Source: Thermoanaerobaculia bacterium (GTDB taxonomy: Bacteria; Acidobacteriota; Thermoanaerobaculia; Multivoradales; UBA5704). Taken from it: a stretch of DNA of 64,000 nucleotides. A program made the translations under genes and the position numbers. Below the pieces are notes generated by a model. The model saw only the letters and a list, made by a program, of their open reading frames with translations. It was not told the DNA's origin and ran no database searches. Every line of letters starts with the position of its first letter. The first letter of the stretch is position 1. Location of the stretch: contig JBIOVX010000237.1 of assembly GCA_044868005.1 (NCBI GenBank), positions 3,852 to 67,851 on the forward strand, given 5' to 3'. Below are positions 51,694-59,729 of this stretch, in pieces.

Positions 51694-51929
51694 CCCTATC
51701 CTCCCCGAAGAAGCGCAGTCTATCCTCCGCCGCGACCCGCTTGACGCGGAAGCCGCGACATTCTTCAAATAGCGATAAGAGTTGATAAACAAAAGATGTG
51801 CGGATTAGATCGAAATAAAACAGAATCTGAACCGCTAGGGCGATTGAATCTTTGAAAAGAAAGATCTTGACAGGCCGCCGCCGCGGGAGCATGCTGTTCT
51901 CAGCCAATCTTTGCCAAGGGAGGCTCACG

Positions 51930-54767
51930 ATGCGCAAGCTCGCCCCCGCCGCTGTCCTCTGTTTTTCACTTCTTATTCCATCCAGCGGTGCCGCCGTGCC
52001 GCTCGTGCATGACAACGGCGACGGCACGATGACGGATCAGGGAACCGGGTTGACCTGGGTGGCCGAGCGCGGCGCTCCGGTGCTGCCGCGGGCCGAGGCC
52101 CTGCGGCTCATCACGGCGATGAATGCCGGCGAGGCCGAGAACTTCGGCCGCACGGATTGGCGCCTGCCCAGCGACCGCGAGCTGCGGCGGATCTCCGGAC
52201 TGCTCAGCCTGCCTCGCCAGCTCCACGGCGCCGGGCGTTCCGGCCCGGGCCTCCCGAGAACCGGCGTCAATCAGGCCGTGCTCTGGCCGGTCTCCGGCTC
52301 GTCGGTGGTGGCGGACCTTCCGGCGGCGGCCATCGTGGCCACCAACAGCGTGCTGATCAGGAAGAACTCGCACATCACCGGCGACGTGGTGGTCAACGAC
52401 GCCAGCCCGGGACCGACGCTCTCCTCCGGCTTCGAGCTCGCCATCCACCAGAACACCGTCGTGCAGGGCAACCTCAAGGCGGACAGCACCGCTCTCGACA
52501 ACCACGCCAGCATCTCCGGCGAGGTCGCCTATAACAATCTGTCGAACAGCGGCGCCACCACCGGCTCGCTCTCCACGCCGCTGCCGCTGCCGGTGTTCTC
52601 CATGCTGCCGGCGTTCCACACGGCCGTGCCACGGCCGGGAGCGGCGGACGTCACCGTCGGCGCCTCCCAGACCGTGACGTTGCCGGCCGGAGACTATGGA
52701 CTGATTCAGGTGGCGGGAACCGGCACGGTCGTCTTCACCGGCGGCATCTACAACGTCGGCGCCATCCAGACCGGTCCCGGCTCCTGCGCCGTGCCCTGCC
52801 GCACTTTGAGCTTCTCGGCGCCGGCGGACGTGCGGGTGGCTGAGCGGCTCGACCTCGGCAGCGACGCGTTCGTCGGTCCCGCGGCCGGCTCCGGCGTCAC
52901 GGCGGCGCAGATCATCCTCTACATCGGCGGTATCGACGGCGCGACGGGTGCTCTCGGATCGCTGCCGCGGGCGGTGAATTTCGGCCGCGGCAGCACCGTC
53001 CAGGCCAACGTCTACGCGCCCAACGGCACGATTTCGCTGGGGAGAGATTCGAGCGTCACCGGCGCTTTCCTGGCCCGCGACGTCCTCATCGAGCAGGGCT
53101 CCACCATCACGGCCGCCAGCTATTTCGCCAACCGGCCGCCGGTGGCCCATCCGCAGACGGTGATCACCAACGGCGCGGCGGCCGTCGTCATCACCTTGAC
53201 CGGCAGCGATCCCGAGAACGGCGACCTGACGTTTTCGATCGTCAGCGGACCCACCCAGGGCAGCCTGGGAACGGTGACGCCGAATCCGCCCACGACGCCG
53301 CCGGCCGAGCCTGGCCGCCCGCCCGGCCCGCCTTCGGTCAACAGCGCCACCGTCACCTACACGCCGGCCACGGCGGGGAACCTGGAGGACTCGTTCGTCT
53401 TCCAGGTGCAGGACCCGCTGGGCGCCATCGGCCAGGCCACCGTGCGCATCAATCCCGAAACGCCGGACGGTCCGCCGGCTCCGCCGCCCACCACCGTGGT
53501 GGCGAACGACGTCTCAGACACCACCTTCCAGGACCGGCCGACGACGCTGAATCTCACCGGCGGCGCGCCGGCGGGCGTGGCGCTGACGTTCTCGATCGTC
53601 GCCGGCAGCGGACCGGCGCACGGCACTCTCGGACCGTTGACGCAAGGCACGGAGGTGCCGCAGCGCACGGCCACGGTGGTCTACACGCCGGGCAGCGGCT
53701 TCACCGGCTCGGACGGTTTCCAGTTCGAGGCCTGCGGCGTCATCGCGAGCGCCACGGTGTGCGACACGGCGAGCGTGGCGGTGGAGGTGCTGCCGACGCC
53801 GACGGAGCCAGGCGAGCTGGCGGAGGACCAGACGGTCACCACGCCGCAGGACCGGGCGGTGCAGATCACGCTCCTGGGAACGGTCCCCAGCGGCTCGGAG
53901 CCGCTCTCCGTCACCACGTTCGCCGCGTTCCTCGACGGCGCGGAGATCGCCGGCAACGTCGCCGACGCCGACACCAACGGGGCCGGCGACAACCACAACG
54001 ACCTGCCGGGAGCGAGCCCGATCTTCATCAGCGCGGGCGTCGGCCAGACCGGCGGCGCGGGGTCGAACGGCACGAAGCGCATCCACATCGAGTGGGACCT
54101 CTCGGGTCTCCAGGGGCTCGGCACCATCAACAGCGCTAGCGTGACCCTCAACACCCACCGCGGCACCAGCGACTCGCTCGACACGTTCTTCTACGCGGTG
54201 GCCGGCGGCGACGGCCTGTTGACGGACTCGGATTTCGAAGCTTCCGGAGAGCCGATCGCCGGCGCGGTGATGCCGGTGCCGTCGCTCTCGGTGCAGCCGG
54301 TGGGCGCCGACGGCACCTACAGCTTCGACGTCATCGGGCAGTTGCGCGCGGCGATCGCCGCCGGAGCGCCGTTCTTCTCGATCCAGGGGCGGGTGAACGA
54401 GACCACGGCGGGGCCGGCCCGCGGCCTCGAGGTGCGCTCCACTGCGGACGACAACCTGGCGAGCTTCCTCGAGCCGCAGCTCGAGATCACCACGCCGGGC
54501 GTCACGGCGGCGCCGGACTTCGAGATCCTGAGCCTGCCGGCGAACGGCACCTTGCGCAACTCGCTGGGCGACCCGATCACGGCCGTGCCGGCGGCGCTGC
54601 CCGACAACCGCGTGAGCTATACGCCGATCGCCAGCTTCGTCGGCACGGTGAGCTTCACCTTCCAGGCGACGTTCAGCACCTTCACCGACACCGGTGTGGT
54701 GACGATCAACGTGATCTCGGCGAGCTGCGCGACCAACCCCGACGCCTGCGACGACGGGCGCGACTGA
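51930..54767 (+). CDS. Large secreted beta-helix / Ig-like-repeat protein with N-terminal DUF1566-like domain
   Basis: Within ORF 51852..54767. ATG 51930 (MRKLAPAAVLCFSLLIPSSGAA, GGGAGG upstream). DNGDGTMTDQGTGLTWV...TDWRLPSDRELRRI resembles DUF1566 (Lcl C-terminal type). A long Gly/Thr/Val beta-helix-like region follows. Then at least three Ig/cadherin-like repeats (VVITLTGSDPENGDLTFSIVSGPTQGSLG; TLNLTGGAPAGVALTFSIVAGSGPAHGTLG). Confidence 0.75.
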   Translation: MRKLAPAAVLCFSLLIPSSGAAVPLVHDNGDGTMTDQGTGLTWVAERGAPVLPRAEALRLITAMNAGEAENFGRTDWRLPSDRELRRISGLLSLPRQLHGAGRSGPGLPRTGVNQAVLWPVSGSSVVADLPAAAIVATNSVLIRKNSHITGDVVVNDASPGPTLSSGFELAIHQNTVVQGNLKADSTALDNHASISGEVAYNNLSNSGATTGSLSTPLPLPVFSMLPAFHTAVPRPGAADVTVGASQTVTLPAGDYGLIQVAGTGTVVFTGGIYNVGAIQTGPGSCAVPCRTLSFSAPADVRVAERLDLGSDAFVGPAAGSGVTAAQIILYIGGIDGATGALGSLPRAVNFGRGSTVQANVYAPNGTISLGRDSSVTGAFLARDVLIEQGSTITAASYFANRPPVAHPQTVITNGAAAVVITLTGSDPENGDLTFSIVSGPTQGSLGTVTPNPPTTPPAEPGRPPGPPSVNSATVTYTPATAGNLEDSFVFQVQDPLGAIGQATVRINPETPDGPPAPPPTTVVANDVSDTTFQDRPTTLNLTGGAPAGVALTFSIVAGSGPAHGTLGPLTQGTEVPQRTATVVYTPGSGFTGSDGFQFEACGVIASATVCDTASVAVEVLPTPTEPGELAEDQTVTTPQDRAVQITLLGTVPSGSEPLSVTTFAAFLDGAEIAGNVADADTNGAGDNHNDLPGASPIFISAGVGQTGGAGSNGTKRIHIEWDLSGLQGLGTINSASVTLNTHRGTSDSLDTFFYAVAGGDGLLTDSDFEASGEPIAGAVMPVPSLSVQPVGADGTYSFDVIGQLRAAIAAGAPFFSIQGRVNETTAGPARGLEVRSTADDNLASFLEPQLEITTPGVTAAPDFEILSLPANGTLRNSLGDPITAVPAALPDNRVSYTPIASFVGTVSFTFQATFSTFTDTGVVTINVISASCATNPDACDDGRD

Positions 54768-54786
54768 TCGGCTCCGCTGGCTGTAG

Positions 54787-54808
54787 GGGCGGCCCTCTGT
54801 GGCCGCCC
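54787..54808. terminator. GC-rich hairpin between convergent genes
   Basis: GGGCGGCCctctgtGGCCGCCC at 54787..54808, between the stop at 54767 (+) and the stop at 54808..54810 (-). It belongs to the same hairpin family as 19866..19885. Confidence 0.5.
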
Positions 54809-55299
54809 TAGTCGAACTCGCCGTGCGGCGGGGACTGCTCGGGGCCGACGCGGCCGGCGGCGATGTCGGCCTTGAAGAAGTATTCGCTGCGCACGGGCGC
54901 GCCGGCCAGACGGCGGAGCATGGCGAGCTGGCCGACGTGCGTGAAGGCGTCGGCGATGGGGCCCTGGAGGAGCTGCTCCGGCGGAGACCCCAGCGGCGTC
55001 TCCGACGCCAGGAAGGCGTCGAGGCGGGCGAGGCCGTCGAAGAACCTCGCGGTCCCTTCCTCCCAGGTCCCGGCGGGCGCCTCGCGCCAGACGAGCTCGC
55101 CTTTCAGCAGGTGGTGCGCCCAGTCGAAGAGATCCCCGAGGTGCGCCAGGATCTTGCCGGGCGCGCGGGTGGACCCTCCGGCGCGAAACGTGGCGAAGCC
55201 TTCGGGCACGTCGCGCAGGACCTTGCCGCCGCGGTAGGCCAGGGTCGCCAGGGCGTGGCGGAGGATCTCGCGTTTTCCAGACAGATCGCTCATCGCCAT
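54808..55299 (-). CDS. DinB-family protein
   Basis: ORF 54808..55299 (-). Four-helix-bundle-like sequence with His residues spaced as in the DinB superfamily (ILAHLGDLFDWAHHLL, FTHVGQLAMLRR). Confidence 0.75.
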   Translation of the reverse strand: MAMSDLSGKREILRHALATLAYRGGKVLRDVPEGFATFRAGGSTRAPGKILAHLGDLFDWAHHLLKGELVWREAPAGTWEEGTARFFDGLARLDAFLASETPLGSPPEQLLQGPIADAFTHVGQLAMLRRLAGAPVRSEYFFKADIAAGRVGPEQSPPHGEFD

Positions 55300-55302
55300 A
55301 GT

Positions 55303-55887
55303 CTATCTCGCCTCCGCCAGCCGCTCAGCCAGCCTCGCCTTCACCTGCGGCCACTCCTCGGCGAGGATCGAGTACATCACCGTATCGCGCACGGTGCCGT
55401 TGGAGCGCATCTGATAGCGGCGCAGCACACCCTCGCGGGCCGCGCCGAGCTTTTCGATGGCGCGCTGGCTGTGGAGGTTGTTGAGGTCGGTCTTGAACTG
55501 CACCCGCACGGCACCGAGGTCTTCGAAGGCGTGGCGCAGCAGGAGGTACTTGCTCTCGGGGTTCACCCGCGTGCCTTGATAGGCGCGCGCGATCCAGGTG
55601 CGGCCGATCTCGAGCCCCTGATGCTGGGGCCGGATGTCCAGATAACCGGTCATGCCCGTCGCCTCGCCCGTCTCCCGCACGAAGATGGTCCACAGCAGGG
55701 AAGCGGGCATCTCCAGACAGTAGCGGACCCAGTCATCGAACCCCTCGGCGCTCCAGTCCCGTGGCCACTCCAAGGTGTAGCGGAAGATGTCCGGCTCGCT
55801 GTGAGGCCAGAGCAGGGGAGCGTGCTCGGGCACGAGCGGCTCCAGGCGGATGGTGGAGCCTTCGAGGGTCACCGGCCGGACGTCCAT
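55303..55887 (-). CDS. GNAT-family N-acetyltransferase (RimJ/RimL-like)
   Basis: ORF 55303..55887 (-). TIRLEPLVPEHAPLLW at the N-terminus and the acetyl-CoA motif region AYQGTRVNPESKYLLLRHAFEDLGAVRVQFKTDLNNLHSQRAIEKLGA. Confidence 0.85.
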   Translation of the reverse strand: MDVRPVTLEGSTIRLEPLVPEHAPLLWPHSEPDIFRYTLEWPRDWSAEGFDDWVRYCLEMPASLLWTIFVRETGEATGMTGYLDIRPQHQGLEIGRTWIARAYQGTRVNPESKYLLLRHAFEDLGAVRVQFKTDLNNLHSQRAIEKLGAAREGVLRRYQMRSNGTVRDTVMYSILAEEWPQVKARLAERLAEAR

Positions 55888-55897
55888 GGTCGGGCGG

Positions 55898-55907
55898 ATG
55901 ATACCCT
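55898..55907. promoter_or_regulatory. Shared bidirectional -10 region for two apparently leaderless divergent genes
   Basis: ATGATACCCT at 55898..55907. On the plus strand, TGATACCCT ends 6 nt before GTG 55914. On the reverse strand, TATCAT lies 10 nt before ATG 55887. The whole intergenic gap is 26 bp with no Shine-Dalgarno on either side. Confidence 0.4.
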
Positions 55908-55913
55908 GTCGCC

Positions 55914-56390
55914 GTGCGACCCAACGAGCTCGCCCGCCTCCTCAGGGCGGGTATCGGCATCGGCGCGCTGGCGGTGCTGATCGGCGTCGGTACGGCGAAG
56001 ATGCTCCACCGGTCCGCCGCCCTTTTCTCCGAGGCCCGGCGTTGGGTGGCTCTCGATTCCCGGGAAGCTCGCCGCCTCGCCTTCGGAGCCGCTTACAGCG
56101 ATGCCATCGAGGCCATACGCCGCGCGCTGCCGGACGACGCGTGGTATCTCCTCGTGCCGCCGCGGGAGACGGCCGCGACCGGCTGGGAGCAGTGGGTGCG
56201 CTACGACCTCGCTCCGCGCCGGCCGATCCTGGTCCAGCCGCACGGCGGACACCGGGTGCGCGGGCCCAAGGGCGCAGTCGTGCCGGAGTGGGTGCGATGG
56301 GCGGTCCTGCCGGACGCGGACGGCACGCCCCGGCTGGTGCCGCGCCGGCAGCTGCGCGCCGAGCTGAAAGCTCTCGATGGCCGCAAATAG
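55914..56390 (+). CDS. Hypothetical membrane-anchored protein
   Basis: ORF 55914..56390 (GTG). One N-terminal TM (LLRAGIGIGALAVLIGVG) and a soluble domain. It overlaps the next gene by 14 nt. Confidence 0.55.
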   Translation: MRPNELARLLRAGIGIGALAVLIGVGTAKMLHRSAALFSEARRWVALDSREARRLAFGAAYSDAIEAIRRALPDDAWYLLVPPRETAATGWEQWVRYDLAPRRPILVQPHGGHRVRGPKGAVVPEWVRWAVLPDADGTPRLVPRRQLRAELKALDGRK

Positions 56391-57846
56391 CATAGCGGGA
56401 GCCCTCGACGCGATCTCGCTGTTTCTCGGCGCCGGGCTCGGGTTGACGCTGTGCCTGCCGGGACTTCCGCGCATGGGCCTGGCCGGCCGAATGGCCTTCG
56501 GCTATCTCCTGGGCGTGGCCTGGATCGGGCTGTCCCTCTACCTCGCGTCGCACTTCGGCGGCGTGACGATCGACGGGCCGCTGGTCTTCATCGCGGCGTT
56601 CGTGCCGTTGGCGGCGGGAGCGGCGGTGGCCGTTGCCATGCTGGTGAAGAAGAGGTGGCGCGCGCCCGCGGCGCGGCGTCCCCGGCGTCTGCTCCAGACC
56701 CTCGGTTGGCTGGCGTGCGCTCTGCTCACCGCGGTTTTTACCGCTGCGGTCCTGGGGAACGCGCTGACTCGGCCGCTCACGGATTGGGACGGCCGGATGA
56801 CATGGGCCGCGCAGGCGGTCTTCATCCGCGAAGCGGGCACCGTGGATGCGGAGGTCCTGCGGTCTGCCGAGAGCTTCATCAACCATCCGCGCTATCCGCT
56901 CCTCATGCCGCTCGCGCAGAACGCCGCCCTCGCGGCGGCGGGGCGTGAGGACGAACGCATTTTTCGCGCGATGTACGCGGCGTTCTATCCGGCCCTGGTC
57001 TTGCTCGTCGCCGAGGCTACCCGGCGCTGGGCGGGCGCGCGCGCGGCGCTCGTCGCGACCCTCGTCCTGCTGACGATCCCGTGGATCCCTTTCGATTCCG
57101 AAGGAGGCGCGACCGGCGCCTACAGCGATCTTCCCCTGGCCTGTTTTTTCGGCGCGGCGCTCGCGTTGCTCGTGCGCGGCCGTCCGCGGGCTTCCGCCGG
57201 CTTGGCCGCCGGCCTGTTGCTCGCCGCGGCGGTGCTGACGAAAAACGAAGGATTGCCCGCAGCGGCGGCTACGCTCGTCCTGGCCGGCGGCGGTGCGGTC
57301 CTCGCCCTCCGCCGTCGCCGGAGATCGGCGAGGGCCCGCCTGCTCGCGACGGCCGCCGCGCTCGGCGTGGCGATGGTCGCGCTCGCGCTCCTGCTCGACT
57401 GGCGCGCGTCCATTCCCCCTCGCTACGACGAGGCCTACTTCGAAACCGCGTCCCTGCCTGCGTTGGTTTCCGACCTGGCGTCCGCGCGGGCCTTCTCGAC
57501 CCTGCCCGTCATCGCGAGACGCATGTTCGACACTGGGCTTTGGGGCCTTTTCTGGTGGCTGGCTCCCGTCGTCTTCCTGGTCGCCTTGCCGCGTCTCCGC
57601 CGCCCTCCCACGGCCGTGCTGGCGCTCGCCGCGGCCACGCCGCTGATGGTGGCCTGGGCCGCCTATTCGCACCACTCGCAGGGGCCGACGGCGGACTTCT
57701 ACGCCGAGGTCACCTGGAACCGGATGCTGCTGCAGGCCGCGGTGCCCCTCTTCGGTCTTCTGGCGCTGGCGGTCCGGCGGCTCCTCGCAGGTTTCCCGTC
57801 TACTTCGCCGCCGTGCCCGCCTTCTCCCGCTCCACCCAGGCCTTGA
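56377..57846 (+). CDS. Polytopic membrane protein, GT-C/ArnT-like glycosyltransferase fold suspected
   Basis: ORF 56377..57846. At least 11 hydrophobic helices with one ~60-aa loop (TDWDGRMTWAAQAVFIREAG...) in the position of GT-C periplasmic loops. The assignment is weak. The Pro/Ser-rich tail overlaps the convergent DUF885 gene by 47 nt. Confidence 0.55.
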   Translation: MAANSIAGALDAISLFLGAGLGLTLCLPGLPRMGLAGRMAFGYLLGVAWIGLSLYLASHFGGVTIDGPLVFIAAFVPLAAGAAVAVAMLVKKRWRAPAARRPRRLLQTLGWLACALLTAVFTAAVLGNALTRPLTDWDGRMTWAAQAVFIREAGTVDAEVLRSAESFINHPRYPLLMPLAQNAALAAAGREDERIFRAMYAAFYPALVLLVAEATRRWAGARAALVATLVLLTIPWIPFDSEGGATGAYSDLPLACFFGAALALLVRGRPRASAGLAAGLLLAAAVLTKNEGLPAAAATLVLAGGGAVLALRRRRRSARARLLATAAALGVAMVALALLLDWRASIPPRYDEAYFETASLPALVSDLASARAFSTLPVIARRMFDTGLWGLFWWLAPVVFLVALPRLRRPPTAVLALAAATPLMVAWAAYSHHSQGPTADFYAEVTWNRMLLQAAVPLFGLLALAVRRLLAGFPSTSPPCPPSPAPPRP

Positions 57847-59632
57847 CGTTCTTCTCCAGCAGGTCGAGCGGCAGGGCGCCGTTGCCGAGGACCTGGTCGT
57901 GGAAGGCGCGGACGTCGAACTTCGTTCCCAGCTCCTTCTCGGCTTCGGCACGCAGCTCCTTGAGCTTGAGCTCGCCGATCTTGTAGGCGAGGGCCTGGCC
58001 GGGCCAGACGATGTAGCGGTCCACCTCGACCTCGATGTCGTGCTCGGCCTTGCCGGCGTTGGCCTTGAAGTAGTCGATCGCCTGCTGGCGCGTCCAGCCC
58101 TTGGCGTGCATGCCGGTGTCCACCACCAGGCGGACGGCGCGCCACATCTCGTAGGTGAGCTGGCCGAATTTCGAGTAAGCGTCCTTGTAGAGGCCGATCT
58201 CGTCGCCGAGGCTCTCGGCGTAGAGGCCCCAGCCCTCGACGAAGGCCGTGTAGTCGTCGTAGCGGCGCCACTGCGGCACGTCCTCGAGCTCCTGGGCCAG
58301 CGAGAGCTGCAGGTGGTGGCCCGGCACGGCCTCGTGCGCGGTGAGCGCCTCCATTTCCCACTTCGGACGCGACTTGAGGTCGTAGGTGTTGGCATTGAAC
58401 CAGCCGGGCCGGCCGGCGGCGAGCGAGCCGTTCTCATAGTAGGCGGTGGTCTGCGACTTCTCGGAGTACGACGGCACCGGCGTGACGCCATAGGGCAGCC
58501 GCGGCAGCTTGCCGAAGAGCTTCACCAGCTCGGGATCGATGCGCTTGGCGATGTCGCGGTAGCCGGCCAGCAGGTCCTCGGGCTTGTCGTAGAAGAACCG
58601 CGGATCGGTGCGCAGGAAGGTGAAGAACTCCGGCAGGCTGCCCTTGAAGCCGGTCTTGGCCATCAGCGCTTCCATCTGCTCGCGGATGCGCTTGACCTCG
58701 GCGAGACCGATCTGGTGGATCTGCTCGGGCGTCAGGCTCGTTGTCGTCTGCTGCCGCACGTTGAAGGCATACCAGGCCTTGCCGTCCGGCAGATCGCTCA
58801 TGGCGATGGACTCGCGGGCGGCGGGGACGTAAGTGTTCGCGAGGTAGCCCTGCAGCTTGCGGAAGGCGGGCGCGACGCGGTCGCGGAAGGCCTCGGCGGC
58901 CGCGTTCTTCAGCCGCTCCTGCTCGGCGGCGGCGATGGTGGACGGGAACTTCTGGAAGGCCTTGAGCATCGGGCTCGTCAGCGGATCGTCGACGACCAGA
59001 TTGCCGACCTGCGCCGCGACCTCTCCGAGGGTGACGCGCGGCGGCGTGATACCCGTCTGCAATCCCTTGTCGAGGAGAGCGATCACCTGATCGATGACCG
59101 CGGGGATGCCGCGCAGGCGGGAGAGGAGATCTTCGTAATCCTTGACGTTGCGGGCGGGCGTGTACGAGAGGAGCTGCGGAATGCCCTGGTGCACGCCGCC
59201 GACCTGCGTGATCACCATGTATTCGCCGTGGAACCGTTCGCCTTCGATATCCTGCTCGATCCGGCGGCGCGCCAGGTCGTAGTTGACCTGCTCGGAGGGC
59301 TTGAGCTGCGCGCGGTCGATGGAGAGCAGCGCCTCGCGCATCTTGTGCGAGGTGGCGCGTCCGAACTCGATGGCCTCGAACGAGGAGTCGGACCAGCGGT
59401 CGTTGAGGCCCGGATAGCCGATGGAGGTGGCGAACTCGGGGGAGGAGTGCATGATGTAGTCCCAGGCCAGATCGAACAGCTTCTGCAGCCGCTCGCTCTC
59501 GCTCCCCTGCCCTTTGGTGGCGGGGAACTGCTCGAACTTGCGGGCGAATTCGACGAGATCCGGCGCCACGGCTGCCTGGACGACGGCGGCGGCCAGCAGG
59601 AGCGCGGCGAAGGCGAGAGCGGGTTTCTTCAT
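57800..59632 (-). CDS. DUF885-family secreted protein (copy 1)
   Basis: Within ORF 57800..59680 (-). ATG 59632 (MKKPALAFAALLLAAAVVQA). A long helical protein with AHEAVPGHHLQ and the C-terminal EVDRYIVWPGQALAYKIGELK, typical of DUF885. Confidence 0.85.
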   Translation of the reverse strand: MKKPALAFAALLLAAAVVQAAVAPDLVEFARKFEQFPATKGQGSESERLQKLFDLAWDYIMHSSPEFATSIGYPGLNDRWSDSSFEAIEFGRATSHKMREALLSIDRAQLKPSEQVNYDLARRRIEQDIEGERFHGEYMVITQVGGVHQGIPQLLSYTPARNVKDYEDLLSRLRGIPAVIDQVIALLDKGLQTGITPPRVTLGEVAAQVGNLVVDDPLTSPMLKAFQKFPSTIAAAEQERLKNAAAEAFRDRVAPAFRKLQGYLANTYVPAARESIAMSDLPDGKAWYAFNVRQQTTTSLTPEQIHQIGLAEVKRIREQMEALMAKTGFKGSLPEFFTFLRTDPRFFYDKPEDLLAGYRDIAKRIDPELVKLFGKLPRLPYGVTPVPSYSEKSQTTAYYENGSLAAGRPGWFNANTYDLKSRPKWEMEALTAHEAVPGHHLQLSLAQELEDVPQWRRYDDYTAFVEGWGLYAESLGDEIGLYKDAYSKFGQLTYEMWRAVRLVVDTGMHAKGWTRQQAIDYFKANAGKAEHDIEVEVDRYIVWPGQALAYKIGELKLKELRAEAEKELGTKFDVRAFHDQVLGNGALPLDLLEKNVKAWVEREKAGTAAK

Positions 59633-59729
59633 GGATTGGTCCTCTCGAGAAATGAAGGCGCAGAAGGCCCTTCCCATCATACGGGTTCCGTGAGGTGAAG
59701 GTTACGTGAATCGGACCGAGCGGACCGAT

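Noticed and set aside
57800-57846. 47-nt convergent overlap between the GT-C-like membrane-protein gene and DUF885 copy 1, considered as a possible frameshift or misassembly
   Set aside because: Both stop codons are fixed by the sequence. The overlapping tail of the plus-strand gene is Pro/Ser-rich low complexity and may simply be a disordered extension. There is no internal evidence of a frameshift.
55942-58491. 849-aa reverse ORF, and similar long antisense ORFs at 25831..27921, 17223..18989, 57899..59698, 59832..61694, 61447..63693, 13321..14856 and 21714..23249
   Set aside because: All are antisense or out of frame to genes with clear family signatures. All have the same Arg/Gly/Pro/Ala-rich composition. 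GC-driven shadow ORFs.
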